Shown here in pieces: positions 23,579-36,225 of a stretch of DNA of 64,000 nucleotides. The DNA lies in assembly GCF_020745735.1 (NCBI RefSeq), contig NC_083424.1:49524999-49588998 (forward strand), read 5' to 3'. Under the pieces are notes generated by a model. That model ran no database searches and was not told where the DNA came from. It worked only from the letters and a program-made list of their open reading frames with translations. The DNA is from Hemiscyllium ocellatum (taxonomy: Eukaryota). Each line of letters begins with the position of its first letter. Within the stretch, counting starts at the first letter, position 1. A program made the translations under genes and the position numbers.

Positions 23579-26463
23579 CTCCGCGGGGGCATGGGAACCA
23601 GGACTGTAGCTTTAGGGTACAGGACCTTGAGTGTAGGGAGGTTAGGAATAATGCAGCGATCTCTAAGGAGGGTGCCTGTAACCAGAAAGGTGGATTGAAG
23701 TGTGTATACTTCAGTGCCAGAAGTATAAGGAATAAGGTAGGTGAACTTGCAGCGTGGGTTGGTACCTGGGACTTCGATGTTGTGGCCATTACAGAGACGT
23801 GGGTAGAACAGGGACAAGAATGGCTGTTGCACGTTCCAGGGTTCAAATGTTTTAGTAGGATCAGACATGGGGGTAAAAAAGGGGGAGGCGTGGCATTACT
23901 TGTCAAAGACAGTATCACAGCAGTGGAATGGACGATGGAAGAGGACTTGCCATCTGAGGTAGTTTGGGCTGAGGTTAGAAATAGGAAAGGTGAGGTCACC
24001 CTGTTAGGTGTTTTCTACAGGCCTCCTAATAGTCCTAGAGAAGTAGAGAATAATATTGCGAGGATGATTCAGGAAAAGAGTGAAGGTAGCAGGGTGGTTG
24101 TTATGGGGGACTTTAACTTCCCAGATATTGACTGGGAGAGCTATAGCTCGAGTTCATTGGATGGGTCGGTGTTTGTACAATGTGTGCAGGAGGGTTTCCT
24201 GACACAATATGTCGACAGGCCAACAAGAGGGGAGGCTATATTGGATTTGGTTCTAGGTAATGAACCAGGCCAGGTGTTAGACTTGGAGGTAGGTGAGCAC
24301 TTCGGGGACAGTGACCACAACTCGGTGACTTTTACTTTAGTGATGGAGAGGGATAATCGTGCGCCGCAGGGCAAGAGCTATAGCTGGGGGCAGGGAAATT
24401 ATGATGCAGTGAGGCATGACTTAGGATGTGTGGATTGGAAAAACAGGCTTCAAGAGAAGAACACTAATGAGATGTGGGGATTGTTCAAGGAGCAGCTACT
24501 GCGTGTCCTCGATAGGTATGTACCAGTCAGGCATGGTGTAAAGGGCCTTGTGAGGCAGCCGTGGTTTAGTAAGGAATTGGAGTCCCTTGTGAAAGGGAAG
24601 AAGGCGGCATATGTAAAGATGAGGCGTGAAGGTTCAGTTGGGGCGATTGAGAGTTATAAGGTAGCCAGGAAGGAGCTAAAGAGGGAGCTAAGAGAAGCGA
24701 GAAGGGGACATGAAAAGTCTTTAGCTGGTAGGATTAGGGAAAACCCAAAGGCTTTCTATAGGTATGTCAAGAATAAAAGGATGACTAGGGTAGGTATCGG
24801 TCCAGTCAAGGATAGTAGTGGGAAGTTGTGTGTGGAGGCGGAGGAGATTGGAGAGACATTAAATCAGTACTTTTCATCAGTATTCACTCAGGAACAGGAC
24901 ACTGTTGCTGATGTGAATATGGAATCACAAATAATTAGAATGGATGCCCTGGAAATATGCAGGGAGGAGGTTTTGGGAATATTGGAAAGGATGAATATAG
25001 ATAAGTCTCCTGGGTCTGATGGCATTTACCCCAGGATCCTATGGGAAGCTAGGGAGGAGATAGCAGAGCCATTGGCCTGGATTTTTATGTCGTCATTGTC
25101 TACGGGAATAGTACCAGAGGACTGGAGGATAGCGAATGTGGTCCCATTGTTCAAGAAAGGGAGTAGGGATAGCCCTAGTAACTATAGGCCAGTGAGTCTG
25201 ACTTCAGTGGTGGGCAAAGTCTTAGAGAGAATGGTAAGGGATAAGATTTATGAACATCTGGGTAGGAATAACGTGATCAGGGATAGCCAGCATGGTTTTG
25301 TGAAGGGCAGGTCGTGCCTCACAAACCTTATTGAGTTCTTTGAGAAGGTGACTAAGGAAGTGGATGAGGGTAAAGCAGTAGATGTTGTGTATATGGATTT
25401 TAGTAAGGCGTTCGATAAGGTTCCCCATGGTAGGCTAATGCTAAAACTTCGGAGGTATGGCATTGAGGATACATTAGAGGTTTGGATTAGGAATTGGCTG
25501 GCTGGAAGGAGACAGAGGGTAGTAGTTGATGGATTATGTTCATCTTGGAGCGCAGTTACTAGCGGTGTACCACAAGGATCTGTTTTGGGACCATTGCTTT
25601 TTGTTATCTTTATAAATGATCTAGAGCAAGGACTTGAAAGCTGGGTAAGCAAGTTTGCGGATGACACAAAAGTCGGTGGAGTTGTGGATAGTGAGGAAGG
25701 AAGTGGTAGGTTACAGCGGGATATAGATAAGTTGCAGAGCTGGGCGGAAATGTGGCAAATGGAATTCAATGTAGCTAAGTGCGAAGTCGTTCACTTTGGT
25801 AGGAATAACAAGATGATGGATTACTGGGCTAATGGTAGGCTACTTGGTAGTGTGGATGAGCAGAGGGATCTTGGTGTCTATGTACACAGATCTCTGAAAG
25901 TTGCCACCCAGGTAAATAGTGCTGTGAGGAAGGCATATGGTGTACTGGGCTTTATTGGCAGAGGAATTGAGTTCCGGAGTCCTGAGGTCATGTTGCAGTT
26001 GTATAAGACTCTGGTGAGGCCTCATCTGGAGTATTGTGTGCAGTTTTGGTCGCCATACTATAGGAAGGATGTGGAAGCTTTAGAACGAGTGCAGAGGAGG
26101 TTTACCAGGATGTTGCCTGGAATGGTAGGAAAATCTTATGAGGAAAGGCTGAGGCACTTGGGGCTGTTCTCATTGGAGAAGAGAAGGTTTAGGGGAGATC
26201 TGATAGAAGTGTATAAGATGATTAGGGGTTTAGATAGGGTAGATACTAAGAACCTTTTACCGCTAATGGAGTCAGGTGTTACTAGGGGACATAGCTTTAA
26301 ATTAAGGGGTGGTAGGTATAGGACAGATGTTAGGGGTAGATTCTTCACACAGCGGGTTGTGAGTTCATGGAATGCCCTGCCCGTATCAGTGGTGAACTCT
26401 CCTTCCTTATGGTCATTTAAGCGGGCATTGGATAGGCATTTGGAAGTTATTGGGCTAGTATAG
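23560..26463 (+). CDS. CR1 ORF2p: AP-type endonuclease + reverse transcriptase
   Basis: Open 967-codon frame with ITETW, YRPP, MGDFN and SDH endonuclease motifs and QGSVLGP, FADD RT motifs; first in-frame ATG only at 23935. Confidence 0.97.
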   Translation: MGGFKLTPRGHGNQDCSFRVQDLECREVRNNAAISKEGACNQKGGLKCVYFSARSIRNKVGELAAWVGTWDFDVVAITETWVEQGQEWLLHVPGFKCFSRIRHGGKKGGGVALLVKDSITAVEWTMEEDLPSEVVWAEVRNRKGEVTLLGVFYRPPNSPREVENNIARMIQEKSEGSRVVVMGDFNFPDIDWESYSSSSLDGSVFVQCVQEGFLTQYVDRPTRGEAILDLVLGNEPGQVLDLEVGEHFGDSDHNSVTFTLVMERDNRAPQGKSYSWGQGNYDAVRHDLGCVDWKNRLQEKNTNEMWGLFKEQLLRVLDRYVPVRHGVKGLVRQPWFSKELESLVKGKKAAYVKMRREGSVGAIESYKVARKELKRELREARRGHEKSLAGRIRENPKAFYRYVKNKRMTRVGIGPVKDSSGKLCVEAEEIGETLNQYFSSVFTQEQDTVADVNMESQIIRMDALEICREEVLGILERMNIDKSPGSDGIYPRILWEAREEIAEPLAWIFMSSLSTGIVPEDWRIANVVPLFKKGSRDSPSNYRPVSLTSVVGKVLERMVRDKIYEHLGRNNVIRDSQHGFVKGRSCLTNLIEFFEKVTKEVDEGKAVDVVYMDFSKAFDKVPHGRLMLKLRRYGIEDTLEVWIRNWLAGRRQRVVVDGLCSSWSAVTSGVPQGSVLGPLLFVIFINDLEQGLESWVSKFADDTKVGGVVDSEEGSGRLQRDIDKLQSWAEMWQMEFNVAKCEVVHFGRNNKMMDYWANGRLLGSVDEQRDLGVYVHRSLKVATQVNSAVRKAYGVLGFIGRGIEFRSPEVMLQLYKTLVRPHLEYCVQFWSPYYRKDVEALERVQRRFTRMLPGMVGKSYEERLRHLGLFSLEKRRFRGDLIEVYKMIRGLDRVDTKNLLPLMESGVTRGHSFKLRGGRYRTDVRGRFFTQRVVSSWNALPVSVVNSPSLWSFKRALDRHLEVIGLV

Positions 26464-29189
26464 GTTAGGTAGGATTCGGTCGGCGCAACATCGAGGGCCG
26501 AAGGGCCTGTACTGCGCTGTATCCTTCTATGTTCTATGTTCTATATACCAGAAATTGTTTCCTCCCGTTGCCACTTTGACCATTTCAATCCAGAGTAAGA
26601 TCATAAAAATACTGCATAATAACTGTTCAATAGTTTTGTACCTGTCATTAGTTTGCTTACAGATGTGCTTTTCTATATCCTTCTCACCAGTTTGTGATCT
26701 ATGGGATGTACATGGTAACATGATGCTACTTAGTAACATATTGGTACCTCTGTGGTTCTTTAACTCTAACCAGATAGGTTGTGTCCTTGCGCTCACTAGG
26801 ATTTTTTTTTCTTCAGCAGGCTGATAGTTTCTTTAATAAATGCAATTTCCCCACTTTCATGTTTCTTCCAGATCCTTTCCTGAACACTGCATCTAGGAAT
26901 ATTTGGTAGCCAACTTTGCTCTACTTTCAACCGGGTCGATGTGAGAATTGTAGAACACCAACACTTTTTAACACATTCCATGCATTCACATACTTCAATT
27001 GCCAATTTGTATTGGACATTATTACTGTATATTTATTCTTAGTCTGACTCCACCTAATGACTTACTAATTCTTCCTTGACTGCTATCGGTCTTTCACAAA
27101 TATGTGCTTTGACTTTACATTGCATTACTAACTTCTCATTCCCATCCCTCTGTCTAGTTCGTTTTAAATCTCCCCAGTAGCAAACCGCCTCTCACGAAAA
27201 GTGGCAACATATCTAACCTCTTGAGGTGTCACATCCCCCACTAATTATCCCAAACACCTAAAACACTTCCTCTGAACCTGCCTTTTCAATCATATATTCA
27301 TCTGCTTTATCCTCCTCTTCCTACACTCACGAACGTGTGACATTGGGAGATTAGTCCATTCGTCTGCTTGACAGTCTCCTTTCTAACTCACGAAAATCTG
27401 CTTCCAAGACCTGCTTCCTCTTTCTACCATTGTTTTTCACTTGGTACTGAAATGGACCAAGACTATGGACTGTCCGTCTGCCCCAGACCCATTCAATGCA
27501 CTCTGCAGATGCTCAATGACATCATTTAACCTGCAACCAGTGAACAACAGGATCCGTATCACTTCCCTTTCTCAACCTTTCTATCATCTCTGGGCCTGTC
27601 ATAGCGCCGTGGACTTTTCTCTAGTTTTACCCATTCCCTGAATGATTTGTCAGAATTAGAACTGAATATTGTTTGGAGAGCGAAATGCACTCAGGGAAAC
27701 CTCATACTCCCTACCAGATTCTGCAACTCTGTCCGCACATCCTTGAGGTGAACAGTCGAACAGAAGTGTTCTACTAATCAAATATGCAGACTTACAGACG
27801 CATTGCAATGCTACAAGATGAATGTCGTTGGCAAGGCCAACAATATTTGCTCATTCCTAATGGCTGCTAATAATGTAATAATGAAAAAAGTTCTTGAACT
27901 GCCACGGTTCGTCTGGCCCAGAGACACTTGGAAAACTATTAAGGAGCTAGAAACAGTGAAGGAACAGTAATATGTTCCAAGTCAGGATGACATTTGATTT
28001 GGAGAAGAACTTGACTATGACGGTGTTCCCAAAACTCTGTTGTTCATGTAATTAGTAGAGTTTGAGGATTTGAAATTCGCTGCCAAAGCAGGCTTCTCAT
28101 TTTGCTGCAGCGTAACATGAATCTGTTAAACACTACTACCACTGTGAATCAGCGAAGGAGGAAATAAATAATAAAGAGGATGAATGGAGTGCTGAGCAAC
28201 AGGGTTGTCCTTGATTGTGTTGAGCTTTTTGAGTCACATTCATTCTGCCATGTGGGGACTATTCTTCCCTCATCTGACTTAAGCCTTACAAATGGTGACA
28301 GACTGTGATCGATGAGCATTTCATCTGCCCTTGTTATGACAATATTTATATGGCGACTGCAGTTAAGCGTCTGCTCCATTGCAGTGTCCAGTGTGTTGAT
28401 GGTGGGAAATACAACAATGGATATTATGTTTAATTATGAAGAGATTCTCTCTTACTGGTAACGGCCATAGGTGGAAATTGTATTGGACAAATACTGCTTA
28501 TCTATCCATGCTTCAGTATTGTCCAGGACTTGTTGCATATGGTTAAGGGCTGCTTCACTATCTTCCTTGAACAAAGCATTGCACTTGGTGATGTAATTGT
28601 GATTTTGCTAGCGTAGTTCAGTAATCCAGTGACCACAGTTAATATTCGAGAGACAAGGATTCAAATTCCACATTAGTACCTGGTGAAATTTAAATGTAAT
28701 TAATAATTCTGGAATTAAAAATTAGTTTTAAAATGGTGTCATGAAGGAAGCAAGGAGTATTAAAACGCATACGATTCATGAATGATCTTTAGGGGAGAAG
28801 ATCTAATGTCCTTATTTGGTCATTCCTACATGTAAGTCCAGAGCTAGCGCAATGTGATTGGCTCTTAACTGCTGTCTGGAATATAATAAGACAATCACTT
28901 GTCAAATGGTTACAATTATCTGTTTCACAGTGAACTGCTACACAAAAAAAAATGAAAAACATTAAAACTGGACGGACTACACAGCATTTGGCTAGGCATC
29001 CAAAACAAAATAATATACCATTCCAATAACTTTGCAACATCGGTCTTACAACCATTGGAGGGGGTTACACGATAACTGAAAGAGCTGCTCCAAAGGCTAG
29101 TCAAGCAAAAGTACCACCAATTATTACTCCTGGGCCTGTCCTGTCCTAACAGCAGGATATTTGACAAATGTAGCGGCACAGTAATATGC

Positions 29190-31246
29190 ATTTAGACTGG
29201 GAACAATTGTTTCATGGAAAGGGCACTATAGACATGTGGAGACTGTTTAAGGAACAATTGTTGCGAGTGATGCATAAATGCGTTCCCTCTGAGACCGGCA
29301 AGAAGGGGTAAGATAAAGGAACCTTGGATGACGAGAGTGGAGGAGCATCTCGTCAAAAGAAAGAAGGCAGCTTATGTAAGGTGGAGGAAGCAATGATCTT
29401 GCTCAGCTCTAGAGGATTACAGGCAGGCGAGAAAGGGGCTCAAAAATTGTCTGAGGAGAGCCAGGAGGGAGCACGAAAAAGGCTTGGCAGGAAGGATTAG
29501 GGAGATGATCAAAGAAAGAATAGGGCCGATGAGGGATAACATAGGGAACTTGTGTATAGAGTCTGAGGAGGTAGGGGAAGCCCTAAACGAGTTTCTTGCT
29601 TCTGTCTTTACAAAAGAAAAAAAGTGAATGAAAGCATTGAGGAGCAAGTAAGCATGCTGGAATGGCTAGAGATTGAGGAAGCTGATGTTATGAAAATTTG
29701 ACAAACATTAAGATTGACAAGTCGCCAGGGCTAGACCAGATTTGGCTTCGTCTGCTTTGCTTTGCTGCTTGTGAAGATTTTTGCATCCTCGCACTCCACC
29801 GGAGTCGTACCTGAGGACTGGAGGGTGACAAATGTAATTCCTCTCTTCAAGAAAAGGAATAGGGAAATCCCCGGCAATTACAGACCAGTAAGTCTCACGT
29901 CTGTGGTCTGCAAGGTGTTCGAAAGGATTCTGAGGGATAGGATATATGACCATCTGGAAGAGCACGGCTTGATTAAATGCAGTCAGCACGGCTTTGTGAG
30001 GGGCAGGTCATGCCTCACAAATCTTGCTGAGTTCTTTGAGGATATTACTAGACAAGTTGATGAGGGTCGAACGGTGGATGAGGTGTATATGGACTTCAGC
30101 AACGCATTTGATAAGATTCCCTATAGTAGGCTCATTCAGAAGGTCAGGAGGAATGGAATACAGGGAAATTTAGCTGTCTGGATACAGAATTGGCTGGTCG
30201 ACAGAAGACAGCGAGTGGTAGTGGGCGGAAAGTATTCTGCCTGGAAGTCAATGGTGAGTGGTGTTCCACGGGGCTCTGTTCTTGGGCCTCTACTCTTTAT
30301 ATTTCTTATTAATGACTTGGATGAGGAGATTAAAGGATAGGTTAGCAAGTTTGCAGAACACACAAAGGTTGGAGGTGTCATTGTATAGAGGACTATTGTA
30401 GGCTGCATCGGGACATTGACAGGATGCAGAGATGGGCTGAGAGGTGGCAGATGGAGTTCAACCTGGATAAATGCGAAGTGATGCATTTTGGAAGGTCGAA
30501 CTTGAAAGTTGAGTAGAGGATTAAAGACAGGATTCTTGGCAGTGTGGAGGAACAGAGGGATCTTGGTGTGCAGGTACATAGATCCCTTAAAATTGCCACC
30601 CAAGTGGACAGGGTTGTTAAGAAATCATATGGTGTTTTGGCTTTCATTAACAGGGGGATTGAATTTAAGAGCTGTGAGATCTTGTTGCAGCTCTATAAAA
30701 CTTTGGTTAGACCGCACTTGGAATACTGTGTCCAGTTCTGGTCGCCCTATTATAGGAAAGATGTGGATGCTTTGGAGAGGGTTCAGAGGAGGTTTACCAG
30801 GATGCTGCCTGGAATGGAGGGCTTATCTTACAAAGAGAGGTTGACTGAGCTCGGACATTTTTCATTGGAAAAAAGAAGGAAGAGAGGGGACCTAATTGAG
30901 GTGTACAAGATAATGAGAGGCATAGATAGAGTTGATAGACAGAGACTTTTCCCAGGGCAGAAATTGTTAACACGAGGGGTCATAGTTTTAAGCTGTTTGG
31001 TAGAAAGTATAGAGGGGATATCAGAGGTGGATTCTTTATGCAGAGAGTTGCAGGAACATGGAATGTATAGCCAGCAGCAATTGTGGAAGCGAGGTCATTG
31101 GGGACATTTAAGAGACTGTTGGACATGCATATGGTCACAGAAATTTGAGGCTTCATCCGTTAGGTTTACCTTACATGAGGATCAATGGTCAGCACAACAT
31201 CGTGGGCTGAAGGGCCAGTTCTATGCTGTACTGTTCTATGTTCTAT
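29190..31246 (+). mobile_element. CR1 LINE relic (RT to tail)
   Basis: ORFs 29762-30340 and 30544-31344 match CR1 ORF2 with frameshifts; GTTCTATGTTCTAT tail at 31233-31246. Confidence 0.9.
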
Positions 31247-31579
31247 TTCAGAATGAGATACTCAGGATGTTCTACATATTAACTATGAACCCCATTAAGA
31301 CTCATAACATTATTCAAAACAGAAACAAGGCAAGTTCCAGCTGACCCCTGTCTACCATACTCCCTTGACTGCAAAGTCACTAGCTTTACATGTTGGCCAG
31401 CACTGGGGGGGGGGGAAGAAAGCAGTGATGGCAGTAAGGGCACAGAATGTGTACTGGCTGGAGAATATCAAAGTCCTTTAAGTGGCTTGGTAGAATCGCT
31501 ACTGACAAAGCTGGCTGAGTGCAAAAGGGTATACCTGCCAGACATATGGAAAGGAACGTAACAGGAAGAAAAGGAGTTG

Positions 31580-32805
31580 GGAGTGTGTTGCTGGAAAAGC
31601 ACAGAATATCAGACAGCATCCGAAGAGAAGGAAAATCGACGTTTTGGGCTGGAGCCCTTCATCAGGAATGAGGCTGGGAGCCTTGGGAGTAGAGAGATAA
31701 ATGGGAAAGAGTGGAGCTGGGGAGAAGGTAGCTGAAAGTGCAATAGGAGCATGGAGGTGGAGTAAAGGTGATAGGTCAGAGAGGAAGGCGGAGGGGATAG
31801 GTGGGAAGGAAGTTTGACAGGTCGGACAGATCATGAGGATGATGCTGAGCTGGAAGGTTGGAACTGGGGTAAGGTGGGGGGAGGGGAAATGAGGAAATTG
31901 GTGAAGTCCACATTGATGTCCGGGGCTTGAAGGGTTCCGAGGCGGAAGAAACCCGTAACAGGAAGCAACGTCTACTTCAGGCACCCTCGCCAATCTACAT
32001 GTCACTGATACTTCTGTGGATTGAGGGATTAATAGGAGGGTGGGGGCGGAGGATGGTAGTTGGGAAGGTGATAGGTTGATGCAGATGAGGGGTGATAGTG
32101 ATAGGTCAGAGAGACTTCTGGAGCGGGTAGGTGGGAAGGAAGATAGACAGGTAGGACAGATCAAGAGGGCAGTGTCGAGTTGGAGGTTGGATCTGGGATG
32201 AGTTGGGGACAGAGCAGACTAGGAAACTAGTGAAGTTGATGTTGATGAAGGATCACAAGGTGGGTGATGAAGCATTCTTCCTCCAGTCATCTAATGGTGG
32301 CGGAGAAATCAATGTTTCGGGTATAACCCTCCTTCAGGACTGGGAGTTGGTGTGACGGGAGCTGCAGATAAAGAGGGTTTGGGAGAGCGTTCAGGATGGA
32401 TAGAGGGGTGGAGTGGAGAGGCAGTGAGAGGTGAACACAGATAGAGGGTACATCCTGGTTGATTGATGGGAGGAATAAATTCAGTTGGTAGCTGGAAGGA
32501 AGGGTTGATTGGAGGAATGGAAGGGAAGGGGTGCTGGAAAGGGAGTCAGGGGATGGGAAAGGAGGTTATTTGAGTTGAATATTGAGTCTTCTGGGCCGTA
32601 GGCTGCCTAGGTGGAAGATGAGTTGTTGTTCCTCAAATTTGAAGTCTGAATCATTGTGCCATAGAAGTGACCAAGGAAGGTCATGTTGGAAAGGGAATGT
32701 GAACACGAATTAAAATGGGTGGTGGCTGGGAGGTCACATTAGCCCCTGTGGGCCTGGCTGAGATGCTCAGGAAACATGCCACTTATTTATGTTTCAGCTC
32801 CCTGA
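31580..32805 (-). mobile_element. Penelope-like element 3' region (end of GIY-YIG domain, terminal repeats with hammerhead motifs)
   Basis: Frameshifted VRELKHK-SGMFPEHL continuation of the GIY-YIG domain just left of 32806; hammerhead-like motifs at ~32305-32341 and ~31635-31669 on the - strand. Confidence 0.75.
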
Positions 32806-35800
32806 CATAGAACGTAGAACATAGAACATTATAATGCACTTTCGGTCTTTCAGCCCTCAATGTTTTACTGACCTGTAGAACAAATCTGAAGCCAATTGCT
32901 TTTCCAATGACCATTAAAAAAAACCCTTAAAGTTGGTGAGTCTACTACTGTTATAGGCATTGCATTCTATGACCCTACTACTCTCTGAGTAAAGAAACTA
33001 CCTCTGACATCTGTCCTATATCTATCTCCCCTCAATTAAGAGCTATGTCCCCTCGTGCTAGCCATCACCATCTGAGGAAAAAAGGCTCTCATTGTCTAAC
33101 CCATCTAACCCTCTGATTATTTTATACATCTTATTTAAGTCATTTCTCAACCTTCTTCGCACTAACAAAAACAGTCTGAAGTCCTCAGCCTTTCCTCGTA
33201 AGACCTTCCCTCCATATCAGGCAACATCCTAGTGAATCTCCTTTGAATCCATTCCAAGGCTACCACATCCTTCCGATAATGTGTTGACCAGCACTGTATG
33301 CAATGCACCAAGTGCGGCTGAAGAAGAGTTTTATACAGATGCAGCATGACCTTTTGGCTCCAAAACTCAATCCTTTTAGCAATAAAACCTAACACACCTT
33401 GTGACTTCTTAACAACCCTATCAACCTGGTGGCAACTTTCAGGGATTGATGTACCTGGACACTGAGATCTCTTTGCTCATCTACACTACCAAGAATCTTA
33501 CCAATAGCCATGTAGTCTTTATTCTTGTTGTTTCTTCCAAAGTGAATCACTTCACACTTTTCCACATTAAACTCTATTTGTCACCTCTCAGCCAAGCTCT
33601 GCAGTTTATCTATGTTTCTCTTTAACCTGCAACATCCTTCAGCACTATCCACAATTCCACTGATCTTACTATCATCTGTAAATTTACTAACCCATCCTTC
33701 TATGCCCTCATCTGGGTCATTTATGAAAATGACAAGCAACAGCAGCCTCAAAATAATCCTTGCAGTACACCACTACTAATTGAACTCCAAGCTGAACACT
33801 TCCCATAAGCCACCACCTTCTGTCTTCTTTCAGCTAGCCAATGTCTTATCCAAACCATTAAATCACCCTCAATCCCATGCCTCCATATTTTCTGCAAAAG
33901 TCTACCCTGGGGAACCTTATTAAGCGCCTTATTGAAATTCATATACACCACATCAACCGTTTTTCCCTTATCCTCTTGTTTGGTCACCTTCTCAAAGTAC
34001 TCAATCATGTTTGTCAGGCATGACCTACCCTTTACAAAACTGTGTTGACTATCCCTAATCAACTTATTTCTCTCTAGATGATTATAACTTCTATCTCTTT
34101 CCCGACAGTTTGCCCACAACCAAAGTAAGGCTTATCAGGACAGTCTCTACTCTTGAACAAGGGGACAACATTTGCTATCCTCCACTCTACTGGCACTATT
34201 CCTGTAGACAATGACGACATAAAGATCAAACTCAAAAACTCTGCAATTTCCCCACTAGAGAATTCTAGGGTAAATCCCATCCGGCCAAGGGACTTACCTA
34301 TTTTCACACTTTCCAGTATTGCTAACACATCCTCCTTGTGAACCTTAATCCCATCAATTCCAATAGCACCATCTCCGCATTTCCTTGGTGACATTGTCTT
34401 TTTCCAGCGTGAATACTGATGAAAAGTATTCAGTTAGCACTTCCCCTATCTTCTCTGACTCCACGCATAACTTCCCACAACTATCCTTGATTAGCCCTAA
34501 TCATTCGTCGGTCATTCTTTTATTCCTGATATACCTATAGAAAGTTTTAGGGTTTTCCTTGATCCTTTCTGCCACGACTTCTCATGTCCCCTCGTTGCTC
34601 TTCTTAGCTCTCTTTTTGGGCCTTTTCTGGCTAACATGTAACTCTCAAGAACCCTAACTGAGTCTTCACGTCTCATCCAAGCATAAGTCTTCTTCTTCCT
34701 CTTGACAAGAGATTCAACTTCTTTATTAAACTATGGCTTCCTCGCTCGACAACTTCCTCCCTGCCTGACAGGTACATACTTATCAAAAACACTCAGTAGC
34801 TAATCCTTGAATAAGCTCCACACTTCAATTGTATCCATCCACTGCAGTTTCCTTCCCTATCCTATGCATCCTAAATCTTGCTTAATCACATCGGGATTGC
34901 CTTTACCCCAGCAATAACTCTTGCCCTGAATTATATACCTATCTCTTTCCATCGCTACAGTAAATGTAACTGAAAATTCGTCACTGTAACCCAAATGCTC
35001 ACCTACCTCCAAATCTAACACCTGGCCACGTTCATTACCCAGTACCAAATCCAATGTGGCCTTGTCCTTTGTTGGCTTGTCTACATACTGTATCAGGAAA
35101 CCATCCTGCACAAATTTGTCAGGATCAGACTCATCTAAAGTACTCAAGCTATAGTATTTCCAGTCAATATTTGAAAAGTTAAAATCCCCCATAACAACTA
35201 ACCTGTTACTCTCATTCCTATCCAGAATTATCTATCCTTTTATCTACATTTCTGGAACTATTTGGAGGTCTCTAGAAAACTCCCAAATAGGGTGACCTCT
35301 CCTTTCCTGTTTCTCACCTCAACTCATACTACCTCAAACATCCTTTCTGCCATCATAATAGTGCCATTGACAAACAATGCATACCTCCCCTTCTTTTACC
35401 ATCTTTTCTGCTCTTATTAAAACATCAAAATCTTGGAACCTGCAATAACCATTCCTGTCCATGCCCTATCCATGTCTCTGAAATGTCCACAAGGATGAAG
35501 TCCCAGGTACCAACCCATGCTGCAAGCTCATAGCATTGAAGTAGACACACTTCAAACCACTTTCCTGTTTGCTGATGAACTCTTGTGACCTTGAAACCTA
35601 ATTTCTGACCTCACTACTCTCAACCTCCTGGACACTGGAACTACAATTTAGGTTCCTAACCCCCTGCTGAATTAGTTTAAACACTCCTGAAGAGCATTTG
35701 CAAATCTTCCCCCCAGGATATTGGTACTCTCTGGTTCAGGTGCAGACCATCCTGTTTGTAGAGGTCCCACCTACCTCAGAATAAACCCCAATTATCCTGA

Positions 35801-36225
35801 AATCCAAAATATTCCCTCCTGCACCATCCCTGTAGCCACATGTTCAACTCCTCTCTCTTCCTATTCCTCACCTTCCTAGCCTGTGGCACGGGCAACAAAC
35901 CAGAGATATCAACTTTGTGTATTCTCCCACTAAGATTCTATCCTAGCTCCCTGAGTTTCTGCCTTAACTCCCCATTCCTTTTCCTACCTATGTCATTAGT
36001 ACTAATGTGGGCTACAACTTGGGGTTGCTGTCCTCCCCTCGAGGATGCCGAAAACTCGATCCGAGACAACACGAACCCTGGCACGTGGGAGGCAACGCAC
36101 CAGTCATGACTCTCTTCTATTCCAAAGAACCTCCTATCTGTCCACAATGGAGTCCACAATGACGAATTCTCTACTTGTCTTCCCCCTTCCCTTCTTAGCA
36201 ACAAGGACAGACTCTGTGCCATAGA
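32806..36225 (-). mobile_element. CR1 LINE (ORF1 end + decayed ORF2) inserted into a Penelope GIY-YIG domain
   Basis: Esterase remnants (VVAHISTNDIG, IVDSIVD), MGDFNFSNIDW and RT fragments; 6-bp TSD CATAGA at 32806-32811 and 36220-36225. Confidence 0.9.

Larger units (their letters stand above)
22851..26544 (+). mobile_element. Young, 5'-truncated CR1 LINE with uninterrupted ORF2
   Basis: 3' part of ORF1, a 2.9 kb open ORF2, short 3' UTR and (TTCTATG)n tail; candidate TSD ATATA at 22846-22850 and 26543-26547. Confidence 0.97.

Noticed and set aside
25248-25769. 173-aa antisense ORF repeated at 60731-61252 and other - strand ORFs over CR1
   Set aside because: Antisense shadows of the RT frame, duplicated only because the element is duplicated.
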